Source: a virus (lineage: Duplodnaviria; Caudoviricetes). Taken from it: a stretch of DNA of 52,649 nt. The stretch is from IMG/VR virus record IMGVR_UViG_3300035150_000079, positions 1 to 52,649 of that record; one strand, 5' to 3'. Both the position numbers and the translations under genes were made by a program. The stretch's first letter is position 1, and every line of letters begins with the position of its first letter. Positions 47,429 to 52,649 of this stretch are shown here, piece after piece. The notes below the pieces were generated by a model. The model did no database searches. It was given only the letters and a program-made list of their open reading frames with translations, and was not told the origin of the DNA.

Positions 47429-48895
47429 ATGTTATATATAACGATAAACAATAAATATGCATATTTACGCGGCATGACTCCTAGATTAATCAAGCGATTA
47501 GAAAAAATAACAAGTTATCTTGTTTCCGGTTTCATGTTTTCTCCTAAATTCAAAGCACATCGTTGGGATGGCAGAGAACATTTGATGTCATTTGTCCCGC
47601 GAAAGGGATACCGTATACCTAGCGGATTAGTATCCGACGTAGTGAAAGAATTAAAAGAATCTGATATAAAATATAAAATAAAGTGCGAATACAAAAGAAA
47701 TGGTCCTAAAATACAATACAATTGGAATCCTAAAGTTGTTTTGAGAGATTACCAGAACGAAGCGGTTGATGCTATATGTAGAGGTAAAAAATGGGAGAGG
47801 GGGAGCGGATTATTAAAAATGCCTATTAGATCAGGCAAGACAAAAACAACAGCAGGTATAATACATCGAATGAAAAGAAGAACGTTGTTTATAGTTCCGT
47901 CCCAAATGTTACTGTATCAAACTAAAGAATCTTTAGAAGAATCGCTATCCATGAAAATAGGAGTAATAGGTGATGGTAATTGGGATATAAAAGATTGTAC
48001 TGTAGCTACCGTACAAACATTAGGTAAACATTCAGGAGGTTTTAAAAAAATAGGCCCCTACAAAAAGAAAGTACAAATACCTCCTGATGAAAAATTCAAA
48101 AGCATATCTAATTTTTTCGATTTGGTAATTTTTGACGAATCCCACCATTTAGCCGGAGATGTATGGCACGCCATAGTTATGGGCTTTGATTGCAGATACA
48201 AGTTGGGGTTAAGCGCCTCTATACATTTAGAAGATGTAAGAGAATGGGGAAGAGGAGTGATATGGTTAAAAGCTTGTTGCGGAAACATACGCTACGAAGT
48301 AGAATCTAAAGTATTAGTCGAACAAGGTTATTTATTAAAACAAAATATAGAATTAGTAATGCAGTATGAACCAGAAGGCAAAGAAAAGTGGAAGTGGGGG
48401 AAAGAATTGTTGAACACGTTGATATACGAAAATGAATTTCGCAACAAGAAAATCGTAGACAAAGCGATAGAAAAAACAGAAGATGGATTAAAAGTGCTTG
48501 TAGTTTCTAATAGACTTAATCAATTATCTCAACTACACGAAATAATGAAAGATAGAAACGCTAAACATGAAATAGTAACGGGCAGAGATAAAACATCCTC
48601 TCGCAAAGATAAAGTGAAATCATTTTTAAATGGAGACGTAAATATACTTATGGGAACAGTATTTGGAGAAGGCATAGACATACCTGAAGTAGAGTGCGTT
48701 ATAAATGCCGAAGGAGGTAGAGACGTTAAAGCTACAATACAAAGGATGAGGAATATGACTCCGGCTCCAGGTAAAACAAAAGCCGTGTTTATTGATTTTA
48801 TGGATGTAACCAATAAGCATTTCGCCAAACATAGTCGTGAAAGATTGAGAATATATAAGGAAGAACCGGCATTCGACATAAAGATAATAGAATGA
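47429..48895 (+). CDS. Superfamily 2 DExH helicase (UvsW/ResIII-like)
   Basis: LRDYQNEAV, SGKT, TLFIVP, TVQT, DESHH, LSAS, GEGIDIP. Confidence 0.9.
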   Translation: MLYITINNKYAYLRGMTPRLIKRLEKITSYLVSGFMFSPKFKAHRWDGREHLMSFVPRKGYRIPSGLVSDVVKELKESDIKYKIKCEYKRNGPKIQYNWNPKVVLRDYQNEAVDAICRGKKWERGSGLLKMPIRSGKTKTTAGIIHRMKRRTLFIVPSQMLLYQTKESLEESLSMKIGVIGDGNWDIKDCTVATVQTLGKHSGGFKKIGPYKKKVQIPPDEKFKSISNFFDLVIFDESHHLAGDVWHAIVMGFDCRYKLGLSASIHLEDVREWGRGVIWLKACCGNIRYEVESKVLVEQGYLLKQNIELVMQYEPEGKEKWKWGKELLNTLIYENEFRNKKIVDKAIEKTEDGLKVLVVSNRLNQLSQLHEIMKDRNAKHEIVTGRDKTSSRKDKVKSFLNGDVNILMGTVFGEGIDIPEVECVINAEGGRDVKATIQRMRNMTPAPGKTKAVFIDFMDVTNKHFAKHSRERLRIYKEEPAFDIKIIE

Positions 48896-48968
48896 TTAAA
48901 AATTCTGTTCTAATGTAGTTTGTATTATTGTATTACATTTATTAAGAAATCGCTAATAACATAAAGAA

Positions 48969-49337
48969 ATGGAGAGTAGAACTTTGCCTAAGTTATACGA
49001 AGAAACCGATTGTCCTACAATAGAACAAGCATACGATGAATTAACCAAGGAAGCTTTTTCAGTTTGGATAAGACTGATGGTAGTGTCTTCCGATGATTTA
49101 CGAAATGGAAAAAAGGCTTTAAGTAAAATATGTAATTATTCTTTGAATAGGTTTTACTCTATAATGAAAGAATTATACAATAAAGGATACGTATCTTACA
49201 TAAAACCAAGCAGATTAGGTTATAAACATACGATACTGTTAAAAAAGAGAGCGTTAATATCTGGGAGAAATCACTTTATTAAATTATCATCTACAACCCC
49301 TAAATCTAGGGTATTAAAGAATGATAAGCGTAAGTAA
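48969..49337 (+). CDS. Winged-helix DNA-binding protein (possibly replication-related)
   Basis: KKALSKICNYSLNRFYSIMKELYNKGYV helix-turn-helix-wing pattern. Confidence 0.6.
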   Translation: MESRTLPKLYEETDCPTIEQAYDELTKEAFSVWIRLMVVSSDDLRNGKKALSKICNYSLNRFYSIMKELYNKGYVSYIKPSRLGYKHTILLKKRALISGRNHFIKLSSTTPKSRVLKNDKRK

Positions 49338-49446
49338 TATGAACTATTTTGTAATGATATTATGTAATTGCAATTATAAATCATTTGCAAAAATACGTAG
49401 GTCTAAAATAGGGTATGAGAAATGCACTCGCTAATGGTATTAAATA

Positions 49447-50574
49447 ATGTTGAAAAAAACAATAAACGGAAGTCTCAATAAAAAAAATTTGAAAAATGAA
49501 ATCCCTTCTTTCCTTCCCCTTGGATCCCTATCCTATTATCCCTATAAATATATTAATAGGGGTATATTAACTCCGATTTACAATAATCGCTTCGCGATTA
49601 TAGATAAATCGGACTCACATTCTTTGAAATGTGAGAAACAACCAAAAAAAATAAAATTAAAAAATAAATCTCCGGAAGCTTTGAAAAAGAGGCGAACCGA
49701 AAAGAAAAAAGTTGGCGAAGAGAAAATCAAAAAAAGACCTAGCGAGTTATCAAGAAAGTTGGAAAAGAAAAAAGAGAAGATAATTGCAGATAGAAAACGC
49801 AAAAGGGAGGAAAATAAAAAACTCAAATATAAAATTAATTATAGCAAGTTAGATTCTAATGGCGATCCGTCCGTATCCTTTGTTGTAAAATCCAAAAGAA
49901 GAGCCGAACTTATGGCGATATTGAACGCTAAGATAAAAGGAAAGGGCGCGAAAAAAGAAAATAGAATAGTAAGAACAAGAACGGTTAGAAAACTAGGGAA
50001 AGAATTTGCTAGGATTTACATAAGATACCGTAATATGCTACTAAAAAGCAAAGGTTCAAATAACAGATTTAGCCTTTCGCCCGGTAGCGAAGAATTATGT
50101 CAAAAAGCAGCATTACAATGTATATACCATAATATAACTCCTAGGCAATTATTGGAATATTGGGATGTTCATATTTCAGAATTTGCAAACGGTACTTTTG
50201 TAAAACCATATCCTCCTTTGAGCTTCCTTACTAGTGTTTACGCTTCTGAACAAGTAGAAATGGCTTTGTTTGAAAAAACATCGGGAGGTTCCAAGAAATG
50301 GTCCAGCGGAGATTTTGATAAGCGACCAAGCGATAAAAATTATAAAAATAATTCACATTCGTTTTTTGATGTAGAACAATTGGACAAAAGACTTAGACAC
50401 GGATTAATAGACGCTGGATTTGATTTAGGAGACAAATACGACAATAGATATTTATTGTCGGTACAAAAAACAGCGTTGGCTATAGTTCACGGAAAAAAAA
50501 TATTTGTTGCCGGAAAACTCAAAGAGATGGTGGATTGGGCGATAGATAACTTATACGGCGGTGAAGATGAGTAA
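49447..50574 (+). CDS. Lys-rich hypothetical protein, possible replication initiator
   Basis: 375-aa ORF upstream of the DnaC-like ATPase; very basic N-terminal half. Start uncertain. Confidence 0.5.
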   Translation: MLKKTINGSLNKKNLKNEIPSFLPLGSLSYYPYKYINRGILTPIYNNRFAIIDKSDSHSLKCEKQPKKIKLKNKSPEALKKRRTEKKKVGEEKIKKRPSELSRKLEKKKEKIIADRKRKREENKKLKYKINYSKLDSNGDPSVSFVVKSKRRAELMAILNAKIKGKGAKKENRIVRTRTVRKLGKEFARIYIRYRNMLLKSKGSNNRFSLSPGSEELCQKAALQCIYHNITPRQLLEYWDVHISEFANGTFVKPYPPLSFLTSVYASEQVEMALFEKTSGGSKKWSSGDFDKRPSDKNYKNNSHSFFDVEQLDKRLRHGLIDAGFDLGDKYDNRYLLSVQKTALAIVHGKKIFVAGKLKEMVDWAIDNLYGGEDE

Positions 50575-50884
50575 AGATGTGTTTACAAAACGAGAAGAAT
50601 TGGTTTGTGGTAAATTGGATGAGCTGTCAGAAATATTGATAACATTCGATAGCGTAAGGGGAATAGAATTGTTGAATTCTATTCGAAAAGACTGCGAACG
50701 AATGGAAAACAAATTGTTAAATATAAAGCGCCAGGCGGAAGAATACGAAGCGTTATTACAGCGGATATTAGATTTGCCGATTGATATCGATAAAGGTGGA
50801 CAATCGCTTATAAAAGAATTTAATGATTTGTTAGATAAAGTGGCGCAAATTGATTTGAAAACTTTAAATGCTATTATTCGGTGA
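50561..50884 (+). CDS. Hypothetical coiled-coil protein
   Basis: 107-aa helical ORF overlapping its neighbours. Confidence 0.6.
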   Translation: MKMSKDVFTKREELVCGKLDELSEILITFDSVRGIELLNSIRKDCERMENKLLNIKRQAEEYEALLQRILDLPIDIDKGGQSLIKEFNDLLDKVAQIDLKTLNAIIR

Positions 50885-50888
50885 AAAC

Positions 50889-51605
50889 ATGAGAACTAAA
50901 GAAGAAGTTGAGAATTTTACTTTTTTACATAAAATGAAGTTCGTTTACGGATGTAAGATTTGCAAAGGTAGAAATCCTAATTGTAAATGTTCTATTAGAC
51001 ATAAAATAGCCGTTGCAGCGTATGAGAGTTGTATACCTCAAGATTTTTGGTGGATAAACGCCGATGACATAGATAACAACAAAGATATATTTGAAAATAC
51101 AGTAAAAGTTTATGTAAAAAATATGAACAAAGCTCTTAATGGTGGATACGGATTATTATTCATAGGCGATAATGGCGTGGGGAAAACTTATTTTATAAGT
51201 TATGTATTGATGGAAGCAATAAAAAAAGGAAGATCAACCTATTTTACAACTATGCCGGATTTGGATTACAATATCAAACGGGGATTTAAAGACCAAGAAA
51301 TAGAAAGAAGATTGCGTTCGATGTTAACATCCGATTTTTTAGCGATAGATGAATTAGGGAAGGAAAGATCTAAAAGCAACAACAATTATATGGATTCTCA
51401 AATAGAGCGAATAATAAAGGGTCGTTTAGACGATAATCAACCAATGTTATTGGCTACGAATATGGATTTAGAGACTTTGGAAAAGGCTTATGGTCCAACG
51501 ATTTCTTCTATATTATTGGGAAAGTTCCGGGTTGTAATGATGGAACCCGGAGATTATAGGGTTAGATTGAGGGAGCGTATGGTAAGGAATATGGGTTATG
51601 AATGA
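50889..51605 (+). CDS. DnaC/IstB-like AAA+ ATPase (helicase loader)
   Basis: CKIC...CKC Zn site, GLLFIGDNGVGKT, FLAIDELGKE, R.....P.LLATN, G.DYR. Confidence 0.9.
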   Translation: MRTKEEVENFTFLHKMKFVYGCKICKGRNPNCKCSIRHKIAVAAYESCIPQDFWWINADDIDNNKDIFENTVKVYVKNMNKALNGGYGLLFIGDNGVGKTYFISYVLMEAIKKGRSTYFTTMPDLDYNIKRGFKDQEIERRLRSMLTSDFLAIDELGKERSKSNNNYMDSQIERIIKGRLDDNQPMLLATNMDLETLEKAYGPTISSILLGKFRVVMMEPGDYRVRLRERMVRNMGYE

Positions 51606-51870
51606 AATAAAAACGTTGAATTGTTGTATAGTTGAAATTCTTAGTGGCGAATTGTACGAAGGTTTTGCGCCTCTTTGTATGGAAACAGAAAATATTAGAT
51701 GTAAGCACAAACCTAATGGATTCGGTATGTGTTTATATTGTAAGTGCGATGATAACGGAGATATATGTACTTCTGTGGGCGCTATACGCGAATCTATTTC
51801 GATGGTAAAAAAATTTGTTGGTGAAATAGATGATAAGATTAGTAAAAATATGAAAATTATTGCAATTTGA
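51598..51870 (+). CDS. Cys-rich hypothetical protein
   Basis: C.H.....CLYC.C......C pattern; overlaps the previous gene. Confidence 0.55.
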   Translation: MNEIKTLNCCIVEILSGELYEGFAPLCMETENIRCKHKPNGFGMCLYCKCDDNGDICTSVGAIRESISMVKKFVGEIDDKISKNMKIIAI

Positions 51871-51886
51871 AATTATTAAAATAAAG

Positions 51887-52318
51887 ATGATTGATACAAA
51901 TAAAGACGATAAGCGTTTTATGGCGAAGGTAAGCATTAGAAAAAACGGATGTTGGATTTGGAAAGCATCTCGTAGGGGAAAATATGGGTGTTTTTCGTAT
52001 AAGAGTAAAGCTATTGACGCGCATAGATGGTCTTATTTAAGATGGAATGGACATATTCCGGAAGGAATGTTTGTATGCCATAAGTGCGATAACCCGTTGT
52101 GTGTAAATCCTGAACATTTGTTTTTAGGAACGCACGAAGAGAATATGAAAGACGCTTCCAGAAAAGGCAGACTCAATCAAAGGAAACTTACTGAAAGACA
52201 AGTTTTTAATATAAGAATGTCGAATTTGAGTAATCAACAATTGGCCAGAAAATACGGTGTTTGGGATTCTACAATAAGAAGAATCCGTAAATATGAAACT
52301 TGGAATAAGAAAGGATGA
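51887..52318 (+). CDS. HNH homing endonuclease with C-terminal HTH
   Basis: CWIW, AHRWSY, VCHKCDNPLCVNPEHLFLGT..ENMKD; KLTE..V..IR...LARKYGV. Confidence 0.92.
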   Translation: MIDTNKDDKRFMAKVSIRKNGCWIWKASRRGKYGCFSYKSKAIDAHRWSYLRWNGHIPEGMFVCHKCDNPLCVNPEHLFLGTHEENMKDASRKGRLNQRKLTERQVFNIRMSNLSNQQLARKYGVWDSTIRRIRKYETWNKKG

Positions 52319-52322
52319 TGTT

Positions 52323-52649
52323 GTGTGTTTTAAACAATATATCAAAAAAGCAAAAGAAACAGAGTCTGTTGATTTTAACGCTATTAGAAGACAGTTGAGG
52401 GACAAACAACTATTAAGGTTGTTGCATGCCGGAATGGGTATGGTCACGGAGACTAGCGAACTTTTTGTTGCTATAGAAAATATGGATTTATTGAATATAC
52501 AAGAAGAATTAGGAGATATGTTCTGGTATATTGCGATAGCGTATGATTCTTTGAATTGTATTTTAGAGGAAGAGGAAGATTATTTGTATTCTCCGTTTGT
52601 TCCGCTTAGCAAATGGTGGAATGGGTGCGATAATTATAAAATGGAACAT
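52323..52649 (+). CDS. MazG-like nucleotide pyrophosphohydrolase (partial, runs off the window end)
   Basis: GTG start; RLLHAGMGMVTETSEL...NIQEELGDMFWYIA. Confidence 0.82.
   Translation, partial: MCFKQYIKKAKETESVDFNAIRRQLRDKQLLRLLHAGMGMVTETSELFVAIENMDLLNIQEELGDMFWYIAIAYDSLNCILEEEEDYLYSPFVPLSKWWNGCDNYKMEH

Noticed and set aside
2221-48934. TGTAGTT(A)TTGTATT-like motif at 2221 and 48914, with TTGTATT at 13331, as a shared operator
   Set aside because: Short, AT-rich and low-complexity; could arise by chance without a statistical test.
49321-49434. 37-codon ORF that might bridge the wHTH gene and the 49447 gene by frameshift
   Set aside because: It is in frame with 49447 but separated from it by two TAA stops, so no continuous fusion is possible.
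326-52447. Numerous minus-strand ORFs in the six-frame track
   Set aside because: Nearly all lie antisense to well-supported + strand genes and lack SDs or recognisable motifs, so they are treated as shadow ORFs.
1-52649. Stop-codon reassignment (alternative genetic code)
   Set aside because: Long conserved genes are intact in the standard code, and TAA, TAG and TGA all end genes at sensible positions.

Overview
This window is a 52.6-kb, AT-rich segment of a tailed phage genome with a contractile tail (myovirus-like). Essentially all convincing genes are on the + strand and read in the standard bacterial code. The first block holds an XRE HTH gene, a structured leader, dCMP deaminase and a possible small terminase (59-2188). 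Next comes a sigma70-promoter-driven cluster of small early genes, including a stand-alone response-regulator receiver domain and an ATP-dependent DNA ligase (2243-7790). The head module follows: terminase, portal, Mu gpF-like protein, XkdF-type protease, scaffold and major capsid protein (7984-16079). Three large beta-rich virion proteins (17461-23584) precede the neck, sheath, tube, frameshifted tail chaperone, tape measure, baseplate and receptor-binding genes (24080-46697). The window ends with two membrane proteins and a replication/nucleotide module (SF2 helicase, wHTH protein, DnaC-like ATPase, HNH nuclease, partial MazG-like protein). The most notable observations are: (1) a prohead protease apparently split across two genes, with its last motif fused to a scaffold that has its own internal start; (2) the scaffold's C-terminal FWxGVI tag reused by other small proteins, suggesting a capsid cargo-loading address; (3) a multi-hairpin RNA element with a 12-nt Shine-Dalgarno and an 8-codon ORF; (4) a phage-borne CheY-like receiver; (5) a 7-blade Asp-box propeller inserted inside a lectin-like domain. 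No tRNA, CRISPR array, integrase, reverse transcriptase or recognisable endolysin was seen. All assignments come from motif recognition by eye, without database searches.
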